Shown: positions 20,993 to 29,978, numbered from the stretch's first letter. The stretch: DNA of 58,269 nt from a virus (IMGVR_UViG_3300027782_000098:1-58269), one strand, 5' to 3'. The notes: generated by a model from the sequence alone, not told the origin. Translations and numbers: made by a program.

Positions 20993-21011
20993 AAACGTTC
21001 TTTAAAAATAT

Positions 21012-21394
21012 GGGGGTGCATGGTATTGATTGGCGTTGTTGACAATACGTGGCACGTCGGAGCTGAATTAACTCCGTTATCAACTGGTTTAAAACAATTA
21101 ACAGGCAATACTTTTGCTAAGCTTGCTGCTCTTGGTCTAACAAGAGAAGAAGCTGTTGTTACTATCTAAGATAGGGGACAACAACGGGGTCGATGAACAT
21201 TAACCTAGCAACAGAAGTTCTTACAAAGGTGGAAAAATGACTGAACCCAAAATCGAGTCATCCATTGGTTGTTAGTTTACGATGGTGAAGAACAAACTGA
21301 CTATTTCGGAACATTAGAAAATGTTGAACTAAGCGTGTAGTCATTTATTGACAAAATGAACAAGACGAGGGTTCGAATCCCTCCACCTCCACCA
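21012..21394 (+). ncRNA. ssrA: tmRNA
   Basis: 5' GGGGGTG pairs with 3' CACCTCC-ACCA including G3-U70; T arm GAGGG-TTCGAAT-CCCTC; tag frame 21104-21169 (GNTFAKLAALGLTREEAVVTI*). Confidence 0.93.
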
Positions 21395-21399
21395 AAATC

Positions 21400-21425
21400 A
21401 AGGGTTCCAATCGGAACCCTTTTTT
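21400..21425 (+). terminator. Terminator after tmRNA
   Basis: aagggttcc-aatc-ggaaccctt followed by T tract. Confidence 0.85.
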
Positions 21426-21453
21426 ATTTAATATAATTCACTATATTTTCATT

Positions 21454-21837
21454 ATGGGAACAAATTGTAACATATGTAGTAATAATTGTTTTGGTAGAGA
21501 TGGTTACCACGGTAGTTGTTGTTCTATTGAAGATAGGGATTACATTATTGGTCCTCATTACGACACAGATGAGTTTATTAAAAATTTATCATCAAAATTA
21601 GGTAGAGAAATATATGAAGAAGATGTTTTTATTAATTATGAAGAAGGTAGTAAATTATTTCCAAGTAAATCTACTTGGCAAAACCCAAGCTCTTATCCCG
21701 CATTTAGAGTTGATTTTTTTAATCCTAAACTACCCTGTATTTTCTATAACACTAAACTAAAGTTCTGTACCATTTATGATGTCAGACCTCAAACTTGTAG
21801 AGAATATGAATGTGAGTATTTGGCAAAAAACACTTAA
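21454..21837 (+). CDS. YkgJ-like CxxCxxCC cysteine-cluster protein
   Basis: CNIC...CC and C.F.......C.IY..RP..CR.Y.C motifs. Confidence 0.75.
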   Translation: MGTNCNICSNNCFGRDGYHGSCCSIEDRDYIIGPHYDTDEFIKNLSSKLGREIYEEDVFINYEEGSKLFPSKSTWQNPSSYPAFRVDFFNPKLPCIFYNTKLKFCTIYDVRPQTCREYECEYLAKNT

Positions 21838-21840
21838 TTA

Positions 21841-22176
21841 ATGAGAATATTTTACGCATTACTGTTGGCAACAATAGCCCAAATTATTTCTTTTTTTCAA
21901 TTACAAGGTCAACTTGTTTGGAAATTCCCAAAAGAAAATCCATATGTTATGATGTTATTAGGATTGCCAATTTCATTAATATTCATTAAAACCACAAAAA
22001 TATTCAATCAACATTTTGACGCAAATTGGCCTGGAAGATTAATTGGATTTGGTCTTGGGATTATAATCTTTACAATAATGAGCTGGTTAGTGTTTAAAGA
22101 AGTACCAACCGCAAAAACAATAGTTTGTTTAGGATTGGCCTTTACAATTGTGTTATTACAAGTGTTTTGGAAGTAA
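21841..22176 (+). CDS. Small four-TM membrane protein (DMT-like)
   Basis: Four hydrophobic stretches in 111 aa. Confidence 0.65.
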   Translation: MRIFYALLLATIAQIISFFQLQGQLVWKFPKENPYVMMLLGLPISLIFIKTTKIFNQHFDANWPGRLIGFGLGIIIFTIMSWLVFKEVPTAKTIVCLGLAFTIVLLQVFWK

Positions 22177-22206
22177 CCATATTCTCTTTCCCATATATTT
22201 ATTTGT

Positions 22207-23715
22207 ATGAAGTTATTTTCAATCTTATTGAAAGAAAGTCGTAAAGAAGATTTACGAAAAAAATATTCAAATAAATTTAAAGAATATCCAGATACTTTAG
22301 ATTTTATTTTAGGTATTGCCGACTTGGCAGATACCAATTTCAAATATGCCGATTTTGTATTAAAAAATTTACATCCAAATTCTAGTACTGACGAAGTTGA
22401 AGAATCAATTGAACTTGTTAAAGATTTTGACAGATTTAAACAATCCTTGGAAATTAAAGACATTAATCAATACGATTTTAATGGATTAAAAAACGCAATT
22501 GAACAACACAAATCCAGTTCAAAATCATATAATAAAAGTATTGACATATCAGGTGCCAAAAAAATATTTGAAGATAAAAATATTTTAATTGTTAGACCTT
22601 TAACTTATGAAGCTTCTTGTAAATACGGTGCTGGAACTAGATGGTGTACAACAATGTCAAACGAACCATCTTATTTTATAAGTCATACTAGCGATGACCA
22701 AGCATTGTACTATATTATTCTTAAAAATTTTAGTAGAGATAACAAATTTTATAAAATTGCAATTCATAAGACACCAAATAATGAAACTTGGTATGACTCA
22801 ACAGACGAAAGAATGTCGGATAGAGAAAAAGAAGTTTTTAATTTAGGGGCACCAAAAGTTATTGAAACAATTCGAGAAGATTACACTGGATTTATTGAGG
22901 AGTATGGTCAGAAATTTTTCAAAAAACTATTTGATTTTCATAATTACAAATTTGAAAGTATTTCATCATTATTTAAGGGGACAGAAAATAAAATAGGAAT
23001 TGAGTTTCAAAAATCAGACCTTATTCCCGATATGCCAGGTCACGCAACCATAGAAATGAATATCTCTGTTGATGAGGAAAATATAGACCAATACTTAGTT
23101 ATGATAACTTATGGTGTTAATAATGATAGATTGGTTTTTAATATTGGATATTCTGGTGATAATTTTGAAATTGACCCTGAATTTGATTTTGGTATTGAAA
23201 ATGCTTCAACATGGTTCCAAATAAATTCACAATATATTACCAATTCAGATGAAAAAACAATTAAAACCATTTTTGATGAACTTTGTACTACAATAACAAA
23301 ACAAGTTGTTTATAAAATGAAATCAAATCCTGAATTTATGTCATCAATTCATGGAGGAAACGCTGTTTGGACACCAAATAGAAGTAGTTACGGTTATACA
23401 TTTAAAAGAAAAGATTCTGGTTTAATTAAAAAACTTGTTGATTACTTAGATTCGGATAATAAAGGAACAAAGTTAGATTTCTTGGTTGATATAGGTTCAT
23501 TACAGAAAAAAGATATTAACGGAAAACCATACTACTCACACTCAAGTCAAAATAATTGGCAAATCCCATCCGCATTTAGAGGACAGTTAAGTGGATTATT
23601 CAACTCAGCAAAATTGGCAGGAATATTAGATTACGAAAAAGACGGTCAAAAATTTATTTTAAAGAAAGGACCTAATTTTGAAAAATTTAAAGAAGGTGGA
23701 TTACAAGCGTTGTAA
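22207..23715 (+). CDS. Hypothetical protein, paralog of 19033-20844
   Basis: Motif RPLTYEASCKYGAGTRWCTT; N-terminal leader MKLFSILLKE. Confidence 0.7.
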   Translation: MKLFSILLKESRKEDLRKKYSNKFKEYPDTLDFILGIADLADTNFKYADFVLKNLHPNSSTDEVEESIELVKDFDRFKQSLEIKDINQYDFNGLKNAIEQHKSSSKSYNKSIDISGAKKIFEDKNILIVRPLTYEASCKYGAGTRWCTTMSNEPSYFISHTSDDQALYYIILKNFSRDNKFYKIAIHKTPNNETWYDSTDERMSDREKEVFNLGAPKVIETIREDYTGFIEEYGQKFFKKLFDFHNYKFESISSLFKGTENKIGIEFQKSDLIPDMPGHATIEMNISVDEENIDQYLVMITYGVNNDRLVFNIGYSGDNFEIDPEFDFGIENASTWFQINSQYITNSDEKTIKTIFDELCTTITKQVVYKMKSNPEFMSSIHGGNAVWTPNRSSYGYTFKRKDSGLIKKLVDYLDSDNKGTKLDFLVDIGSLQKKDINGKPYYSHSSQNNWQIPSAFRGQLSGLFNSAKLAGILDYEKDGQKFILKKGPNFEKFKEGGLQAL

Positions 23716-23937
23716 TTATTTTTTAGATAATTTTCTTAAGTATAAGTAGAATCCAAAAAAAACTCCCGCAATACAATACAAGACGAAGTTGGCTTTCCAT
23801 AAACTTCCTGTCCACAATATTAGACCATACTGAACGGCATCGAACCCAAAAGGATTGAAGAATAGTGCCAACATTAAAAATACTTGAGATAGATTGTCTT
23901 GAAACGTTCTTCTCCATGTTTTGTTTTTTACTGTCAT
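23716..23937 (-). CDS. Small membrane protein
   Basis: 73 aa with two hydrophobic helices. Confidence 0.55.
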   Translation of the reverse strand: MTVKNKTWRRTFQDNLSQVFLMLALFFNPFGFDAVQYGLILWTGSLWKANFVLYCIAGVFFGFYLYLRKLSKK

Positions 23938-24010
23938 CTTCCATATATAGGTATTAAAATTTTATAAGTCGGCGCTTTGTATTTTACTATAAATATACTA
24001 TCTTTGTTTT

Positions 24011-24586
24011 ATGAAAGTAATATTTTTAGACCACGATGGAGTGATATGTTTATCAACCGAGTGGGGAGGTCGGTTTAAGAAGCAAAAAGAATGGGGTGGT
24101 CGTAAATTATCTATGACTAATTCAGAAATGCCATTAGAATACCGTTTTGATAATTTCAATAAAAAGGCTATTAATGTACTTAATGAAATTATAGAAGAAA
24201 CAGGTGCTGAAATTGTTGTATCTTCAGATTGGAAACGATGGGCAAATGTTGAAGAAATGGGAGAATATTACGAATCACAAGGAATCAATAAAAAACCAAT
24301 CTCATTAACACCTAATTTAGGTCAATGTACTTGGTATAATGGTATGACGTGGATTTGGTCTCCAAGATGGGATTTAGAAATGACTCGTGTTATTGAGATT
24401 AAACAATATCTACATGACCATCCTGAAATTACTCATTGGGTTGCAATTGATGATTTAGATATGGGTAAAAATGGTGAGGATTGGAAAGATTGGGGACTTG
24501 ATAATTTTGTATTAACACCAAGAGGAGCTGAAGGTATTAAACAATCAGGGATAAAAGAAAAAGTATTAAAATTTTTAAATGATTAA
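24011..24586 (+). CDS. HAD-superfamily protein (Swiss Army Knife RNA-repair type)
   Basis: KVIFLDHDGV, IVVSSDW and VAIDD motifs. Confidence 0.8.
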   Translation: MKVIFLDHDGVICLSTEWGGRFKKQKEWGGRKLSMTNSEMPLEYRFDNFNKKAINVLNEIIEETGAEIVVSSDWKRWANVEEMGEYYESQGINKKPISLTPNLGQCTWYNGMTWIWSPRWDLEMTRVIEIKQYLHDHPEITHWVAIDDLDMGKNGEDWKDWGLDNFVLTPRGAEGIKQSGIKEKVLKFLND

Positions 24587-24770
24587 TTTTAAAGAAATTT
24601 TAGAAAAAGAAGGACCAATGTTAAAATTTGAGGGTTTGGCACCTGAAGGTTTTGTATTAGTTCATGAAAAAACTTTAGAGGACTTAAAAGAGTTTGAAAC
24701 TTGGAAAAGTTGGAAACACGACGAAATAACCATTAAAGAATTAAATAATAAGAACTTTGATATAAATTAA
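24579..24770 (+). CDS. Hypothetical protein
   Basis: 63 aa ORF overlapping the HAD stop codon. Confidence 0.55.
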   Translation: MINFKEILEKEGPMLKFEGLAPEGFVLVHEKTLEDLKEFETWKSWKHDEITIKELNNKNFDIN

Positions 24771-24807
24771 TTTTTTAGTATATTTAAAGAAAATACTAAC
24801 CGTTAAA

Positions 24808-24924
24808 ATGAGTCACACGAATATCTTTAAGGTAATTCTTAATTTAAATTATATTGACCCAAATGAACCTATTGAGGAGACTCAATCAGAATGGGACGAT
24901 TTCGGAGACATTATAAACTTTTAA
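24808..24924 (+). CDS. Small acidic-tail protein (38 aa, not in ORF track)
   Basis: MSHTNIFKVILNLNYIDPNEPIEETQSEWDDFGDIINF*. Confidence 0.45.
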   Translation: MSHTNIFKVILNLNYIDPNEPIEETQSEWDDFGDIINF

Positions 24925-24929
24925 CGCAC

Positions 24930-25010
24930 AATGGTCATGTTGGTGTAGCTGTCTGCAGCGGCGAACGAGTGCTAGCCTCTAGGTAAGAATCCCACCAACC
25001 TCTGACCATT
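24930..25010 (+). ncRNA. Candidate structured RNA
   Basis: GC-rich island closed by aatggtca/tgaccatt and gttggtg/caccaac, with inner hairpin gctg-tctg-cagc, then a T tract. Confidence 0.5.
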
Positions 25011-25026
25011 TTTTTATTTATAAATT

Positions 25027-25218
25027 ATGAAAAAACTATATAGAACTAACCCATCTGAATTTGCAGGTGTTTGTGGAGGACTTGGAAAATATTTCCAAAT
25101 TGATGACTCAATCATTAGAATTTTATTTATTGTTCTTGCCTTTACACCATTTCCAATTGTAATGTCCTATTTATTGTTATGGTTGGTCATACCAAAAGAA
25201 CCGAAAATATATGAGTAA
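25027..25218 (+). CDS. PspC domain membrane protein
   Basis: KKLYR....FAGVCGGLGKYF.ID..IIRILF...Y..LWLVIP is the PspC consensus. Confidence 0.9.
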   Translation: MKKLYRTNPSEFAGVCGGLGKYFQIDDSIIRILFIVLAFTPFPIVMSYLLLWLVIPKEPKIYE

Positions 25219-25540
25219 AGTATTAGTTAAACGACACATAGCAAAATCAATTTCCTATAGAATAGTAGGAACATTACAAACAGTAATATTAGGATATCTA
25301 TTTACAGGTAGTTTTAAAATAGCATCAACCATAGGGGCCATTGAATTAGGTATTAAACCATTGTTGTATTTTTTACATGAAAGAGTATGGTATAAATGGA
25401 TTAAGTTTGGTATTGTTGGGGACAAACCTAAAAAAGAGGTTGTAGAGACACCTTTAGTGGAATCAACATTATTAACTGGTTTACCTGAAGAAACCCAAAA
25501 TAAAATTAAAAGATTAAGTTATACTAAAAGAACCGACTAA
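25211..25540 (+). CDS. DUF2061 membrane protein
   Basis: RHIAKSISYR...T...K..LYFLHERVW motif. Confidence 0.8.
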   Translation: MSKVLVKRHIAKSISYRIVGTLQTVILGYLFTGSFKIASTIGAIELGIKPLLYFLHERVWYKWIKFGIVGDKPKKEVVETPLVESTLLTGLPEETQNKIKRLSYTKRTD

Positions 25541-25573
25541 CCGTCGGTTTTTTTTATTTAAAACAAAGTATTT

Positions 25574-26719
25574 ATGTTTATGAGTATAGTACGAAGAATA
25601 AACGAAACATATGATGTTATTTCTAATATAAACGAAGAATTTAAAAAAGACGTTATATTAGAAGCAGATGATGTTTACGATAATGTAGATTTTAAAGACA
25701 GAGTTGTAGGGTCTTCTACACCATCTAAAGATAATATCAATATAAGTTTATTACAAGATATTCAAACCGCAGCAAAAGAGGCTGGCGTTAAAGTAGACAT
25801 TACCACAGCGGTTAGTGGTCACGATAAAGGTACAAGACATGAATCAGGTAATGCCGTTGATATTGCAATTATAAATGGTAAGGCTGTTAGTTCTTCAAAT
25901 AGAACAGACGCCGAAAAACTTGTAAATGCATTAGTGTCTATGGGATACACTAAAAATGTTGAATCAGGTAATGAAAAGGCGGTTTTAACCTTTGGGTTTC
26001 CAGGTCACGATAACCATGTTCATGTATCAAATAAAGGTAATTCAACGTCAACACCTCAACAATCATCAACAAAAAGTACAACTACTAATAATTCTAGTGA
26101 CGAAGGAGAATCAACATCAGATTACGATAATAAAGGAGCGGTTGATTTTGCAAGACAAGTTGGGGGTGAGTTGTTAAAAGCTTACGGTATTAAAGAAGAA
26201 AGAATTTATTCTAGTTTTGGACATAACCCACAATCAAGACATGGTTCAATTGTAATTCCAAAAGAAAATAATTCAAAAATTAAAAGCCCTGTTGATGGTA
26301 TAATAAGCGGTACAATTTATAATTCAAGTTGTGACAATCAAATTGTAATTAAATTTGATAATGAAGGTGAAATTAGTTATTTAGAATATTGCGGAATAAG
26401 CTCACCTTATGTTAGAAACGGTGAACGTGTTAGTAAAGGAACAACTTTAGGTTCAACAGACTCAGATGTTCGAGTAAATCAATATAATTCAACTAGAGAT
26501 AGAGAACACATCAATACCGACAGAGAAAAAAAATTAAAAGAAAAATCTAAAAAAGATAAAGGTGGGGACAAAGACAAAAAACAAGATATGGATTTGTCAG
26601 GTAAAAATGAATATTCTAAACTTCTAATTAAAGGATACCGAGATTTTAAAAATTCATTTAAAAGAAAAGACCCAAAGAAAATAAAAGAAGATATTGATAG
26701 AATCAAAAAGTTATTATAA
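25574..26719 (+). CDS. Putative peptidoglycan hydrolase (M15-like LAS domain plus degenerate M23-like domain)
   Basis: RHESGNAVDI...HDNHVHV Zn motif; IKSPVDG...VRNGERVSKGTTLG. Confidence 0.65.
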   Translation: MFMSIVRRINETYDVISNINEEFKKDVILEADDVYDNVDFKDRVVGSSTPSKDNINISLLQDIQTAAKEAGVKVDITTAVSGHDKGTRHESGNAVDIAIINGKAVSSSNRTDAEKLVNALVSMGYTKNVESGNEKAVLTFGFPGHDNHVHVSNKGNSTSTPQQSSTKSTTTNNSSDEGESTSDYDNKGAVDFARQVGGELLKAYGIKEERIYSSFGHNPQSRHGSIVIPKENNSKIKSPVDGIISGTIYNSSCDNQIVIKFDNEGEISYLEYCGISSPYVRNGERVSKGTTLGSTDSDVRVNQYNSTRDREHINTDREKKLKEKSKKDKGGDKDKKQDMDLSGKNEYSKLLIKGYRDFKNSFKRKDPKKIKEDIDRIKKLL

Positions 26720-26768
26720 CAAAAAAACCCATCATAAGATGGGTTTTTTATTTTACAGGAAGTTATAA

Positions 26769-26945
26769 TTATTTAACTTCTTCAAGTTTAACTGTGTCCG
26801 CTGAGATTTTAGCAGTTGTTGAATCTGCTGATACTGCTGTTGAGTCGATTGATACTGCTGTTGAGTCTGTTTTAACTTCAGTTGAAGTTCCGTTTCCACA
26901 TGATGCTAATGCTACGATTGCAAATAATGCTACGATTTGTTTCAT
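26769..26945 (-). CDS. Small lipoprotein (58 aa, not in ORF track)
   Basis: MKQIVALFAIVALASC lipobox, then GNGTSTEVKTDSTAVSIDSTAVSADSTTAKISADTVKLEEVK*. Confidence 0.8.
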   Translation of the reverse strand: MKQIVALFAIVALASCGNGTSTEVKTDSTAVSIDSTAVSADSTTAKISADTVKLEEVK

Positions 26946-27042
26946 AATTGTTTTGTTTGTTTTTTTTATAAATTTAATTGTTAATTTCGGTGAATTATAA
27001 ATATAAGATACTTTTGTGTTTTGTCAAATTAATTTAAGGGAT

Positions 27043-27453
27043 TTATACCGTATGCTCAATTTGAACTCTGATACAATTTTGAGGTAAGTGATTGATGTGA
27101 CGGTAGTTATTAATGTACCCCATCATATTACCACTACCAATTGCATTTGCTGAGTGTACCACAACATCTACAACAGGTTGACCGTCCATCCATTGTTCTA
27201 CCAACCATTTAGTACAATCCATTCCTGTTTTTTCGGTAATGTTATCATAGTTCAATTCGTAGTTGTGGTAAACATTTTTATGCCATTCTTTCATGGCAGT
27301 ATCTCCCAAATCATGGTCTAAAGAAATCATATTAATGTTCTCTAACCCAATCTCGGTAATTTTTTCCACAAACTCATCGTAAGAACGAACAATAACCCAT
27401 TGGTCCTTTTCTACAGGAGTTCTTACGTCGTCTAAATATATTCTTTTTTTCAT
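27043..27453 (-). CDS. Cyclic-phosphate processing receiver (cREC)-like domain protein
   Basis: IYLDDVRTP, ISLDHDLG, TGMDCTKWL and VHSAN..G motifs. Confidence 0.75.
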   Translation of the reverse strand: MKKRIYLDDVRTPVEKDQWVIVRSYDEFVEKITEIGLENINMISLDHDLGDTAMKEWHKNVYHNYELNYDNITEKTGMDCTKWLVEQWMDGQPVVDVVVHSANAIGSGNMMGYINNYRHINHLPQNCIRVQIEHTV

Positions 27454-27499
27454 ACTATAATTCTTTTTACTAATTCTTTTCAAAACACAATTTTAATAA

Positions 27500-28000
27500 T
27501 TAATTACCAACTTTCCAAGCGAAGTTTAAAATCTTTCTTTTTTTAGTTGCATCTTCAGTGTTACCAATTACAACACCATCTTTAATTGTAAATGCATGTC
27601 TATTAACACACATTACATAAGTCCCTTTTGGGTATTTTTTAATAAAGGTACCTACAGTCATTTTACGATTAACTTTTTCACCTTTTACAGTAACCGTGTA
27701 ATCAAGGGTGTTAAAAGATGAGTATTCAACTGGTCTGCCCATTTGTTTACAACATTTACGACCAATACGAGTACGGTCTTTTGCAAATTTATTCATACCA
27801 GGGATGAATCCAAAAGTACCTTGTTTTGGTTTACGTCCAAATTTATCGGCAACAAATTTATGCGCTTTGTCATAATCAATCTCAAATGCCGATGCAATTG
27901 CACGAACAACACAATCATTAGTTTCACTTTTGGCAATCGCAGATTCACTATAACCTTTAATCGCCTCTGATGTCTTACAATATGGTAGTTGATTTTTCAT
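27500..28000 (-). CDS. Hypothetical protein with DCVVRAIA motif and downstream His (possible Cys-peptidase fold)
   Basis: NDCVVRAIA ... RHAFTIKDG; TATATTTG promoter 4 nt upstream of ATG. Confidence 0.6.
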   Translation of the reverse strand: MKNQLPYCKTSEAIKGYSESAIAKSETNDCVVRAIASAFEIDYDKAHKFVADKFGRKPKQGTFGFIPGMNKFAKDRTRIGRKCCKQMGRPVEYSSFNTLDYTVTVKGEKVNRKMTVGTFIKKYPKGTYVMCVNRHAFTIKDGVVIGNTEDATKKRKILNFAWKVGN

Positions 28001-28045
28001 AGAACAAATATACTGATAATATTTGAGTTGGCAAAATAAAATGTG

Positions 28046-28131
28046 CGGAAAGTGAGGGGCTCGAACCCTCGCGACTTTGACATCCTACCTGTTTAGCAAA
28101 CAGGCCCCTTCACCAACTTGGGTAACTTTCC
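28046..28131 (-). tRNA. tRNA-Ser(GCU)
   Basis: Cloverleaf; anticodon arm CCTGT-TTGCTAA-ACAGG; long variable arm. Confidence 0.9.
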
Positions 28132-28709
28132 TATTTTTTAAAATACCAGGTCGCAAACTTTTCTTCCGTGGTATTAATTTTATATCCTTTATTGTTTGCA
28201 AATTCAATAACTGCTGAATTTACACCATACTTTCCAAGATATAAATTTTCATAATAAACATCAACATTCTTATCATCATCAGGTTTAAAGTTATCTAACC
28301 AATCATGACCTGAGAATAGTCCTCCTTTTTTTAATTTTGACCACCAACATTCAAGGTCTTTTTTAACTTCAAGATATGAATGATTTCCGTCAATATATAT
28401 AAAATCAAAATGTTCGTCAGGAAAGAATTTTGATGCAATATCCGATTTATTTTTAACAACTAAAACTCTATCGTCAAATTCCTTAATATTTTCTTTAAAC
28501 ACTGAAAACACTTCATTGAAATTTTTAAAGTTACATGGTTCATTATAATTATGAATTTCTTGATTATCCCAATAATCAACACACACCAGTTTACCGTCCC
28601 AATTTTTTAAAATATTACAAGCGTTTTCGCCGTATTCTACTCCAATTTCAACACCAATATTATACCCATTAGTTTTTAAAAATAATGGTAATTCATTTCT
28701 GTGTTTCAT
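28131..28709 (-). CDS. Class I SAM methyltransferase (Methyltransf_24-like)
   Basis: VEIGVEYG, DFIYIDGNHSY, LKKGGLFSGHDW. Confidence 0.85.
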   Translation of the reverse strand: MKHRNELPLFLKTNGYNIGVEIGVEYGENACNILKNWDGKLVCVDYWDNQEIHNYNEPCNFKNFNEVFSVFKENIKEFDDRVLVVKNKSDIASKFFPDEHFDFIYIDGNHSYLEVKKDLECWWSKLKKGGLFSGHDWLDNFKPDDDKNVDVYYENLYLGKYGVNSAVIEFANNKGYKINTTEEKFATWYFKK

Positions 28710-29029
28710 TATAACATTTGTGATATCATATAAGATAATTTATATCCTGTAAACGCACCCAATGCAGATGGGATTGGGAATACAATTAACTTACCTAAAT
28801 GTGTAACATATTTTGGTCGGTTAACAATCCTACCCATAAATAAATAATATGTTATATAACCAAGTAATACACCAATATCAATACGAGTTGAAATAAAAAC
28901 TACAAGTATTGCACCCAAAAAACCAAAAATAAAATTATCTCGAACACCCTCCCAAATTTCAGAAGTTGTGGCATCTTTATACTCTTTAACAATTTTTTTA
29001 ATTGTAACCTTTTCATTTTTCATAATCAT
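28709..29029 (-). CDS. Membrane protein
   Basis: Three hydrophobic segments; start moved downstream of tRNA-Ile(UAU). Confidence 0.6.
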   Translation of the reverse strand: MIMKNEKVTIKKIVKEYKDATTSEIWEGVRDNFIFGFLGAILVVFISTRIDIGVLLGYITYYLFMGRIVNRPKYVTHLGKLIVFPIPSALGAFTGYKLSYMISQML

Positions 29030-29037
29030 TTTTTTTG

Positions 29038-29111
29038 TCGGAAAGGAAGGAATTGAACCTTCGACCTTTTGTGTATAAGACAACTGCTCTCACCACCTGA
29101 GCTACATTCCG
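29038..29111 (-). tRNA. tRNA-Ile(UAU)
   Basis: Cloverleaf; anticodon loop CTTATAC. Confidence 0.85.
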
Positions 29112-29120
29112 TTTAAATAT

Positions 29121-29157
29121 AAAAAAAATCCCCCTGATTTTCAACTCAGAGGGATTA
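29121..29157 (-). terminator. Terminator-like hairpin after ferritin-like gene
   Basis: Minus strand AATCCCTCTGA-GTTGAAAA-TCAGGGGGATT followed by T tract. Confidence 0.65.
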
Positions 29158-29179
29158 TTAATAATAATAAATTTTAATA

Positions 29180-29638
29180 TTATTTTAAGAACCTTAATTT
29201 ATATAACGTACTATAAATTAATTCTTGAATTGTGTCAATTTGATTTTGGATAAAAGATTCTTTAACTGCTTTTCTGTTTTTTTCAATATTATCATCTAAC
29301 CCTTTAAAGTAAGATATCAGTTGTTCTGTTGATTTATAATCAACCATTTTGATGGTTTTATAACCAGTCAATAAATCGTGTTTTCCTTGGAAACTTTCAA
29401 CGATTCCGTCTATCAATTCACCTATCTCTTCATAATATCCACCTAACGCCATATGCTCAGCAAATGATGATTGTGATTTTGTTTGCCAATGAAATACATG
29501 AACTTGACTTCTTGAGTGAAGTAAAGTTGAAATCATATCAACAATATCAGCTGTTTCGGTTGACCCTTTTTTCTCAGCTTCATTCAATTGTATTACTTTA
29601 AACAATTGTTCTTTTGTTAGCGTTACTCTTTTTTCCAT
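29180..29638 (-). CDS. Dps/ferritin-like protein (DUF5856-like)
   Basis: H.FHWQT....FAEH.ALG.YYE.I..LID..VE motif; ATG at 29638 after TATTTAT. Confidence 0.75.
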   Translation of the reverse strand: MEKRVTLTKEQLFKVIQLNEAEKKGSTETADIVDMISTLLHSRSQVHVFHWQTKSQSSFAEHMALGGYYEEIGELIDGIVESFQGKHDLLTGYKTIKMVDYKSTEQLISYFKGLDDNIEKNRKAVKESFIQNQIDTIQELIYSTLYKLRFLK

Positions 29639-29667
29639 GTCAATAAATATACAAGTATTTGGAAATG

Positions 29668-29739
29668 TTGTGATGGAAGGAATTGAACCTTCGACTTCTT
29701 GGATATGAATCAAGTGTTCTACCACTGAACTACATCACA
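29668..29739 (-). tRNA. tRNA-Met(CAU), elongator or Ile2 not resolved
   Basis: Cloverleaf; anticodon loop TTCATAT. Confidence 0.8.
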
Positions 29740-29744
29740 ATATG

Positions 29745-29816
29745 TGGTTTTGGAAGGATTCGAACCCTCACTCTGAAATCCGTAGTTTCATGTGCTGTCC
29801 ATTACACCACAAAACC
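29745..29816 (-). tRNA. tRNA-Arg(ACG)
   Basis: Anticodon arm TGAAA-CTACGGA-TTTCA. Confidence 0.9.
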
Positions 29817-29820
29817 ATTG

Positions 29821-29891
29821 TTGCCCCTCAAGGATTCGAACCTCAACCGTCTGGACCAAAACCAGATGTCCTGCCGTTAGACGAAAGGGCA
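29821..29891 (-). tRNA. tRNA-Gln(UUG)
   Basis: Anticodon arm TCTGG-TTTTGGT-CCAGA; U1-A72. Confidence 0.9.
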
Positions 29892-29897
29892 ATTTAG

Positions 29898-29978
29898 TGG
29901 GAGTAGTAGGACTCGAACCTACGAACTCTTAGAGGGCTGATTTACAGTCAGCTGCACTTGCCGCTATGCGATACTCCC
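29898..29978 (-). tRNA. tRNA-Tyr(GUA)
   Basis: Anticodon arm GCTGA-CTGTAAA-TCAGC; long variable arm. Confidence 0.9.

Noticed and set aside
20717-21108. ORFs 20717-20989 and 20854-21108
   Set aside because: They overlap the promoter, ncRNA candidate and tmRNA.
26794-27000. Plus-strand 68-aa ORF
   Set aside because: Antisense to the lipoprotein at 26769-26945, which has a lipobox and upstream motif.
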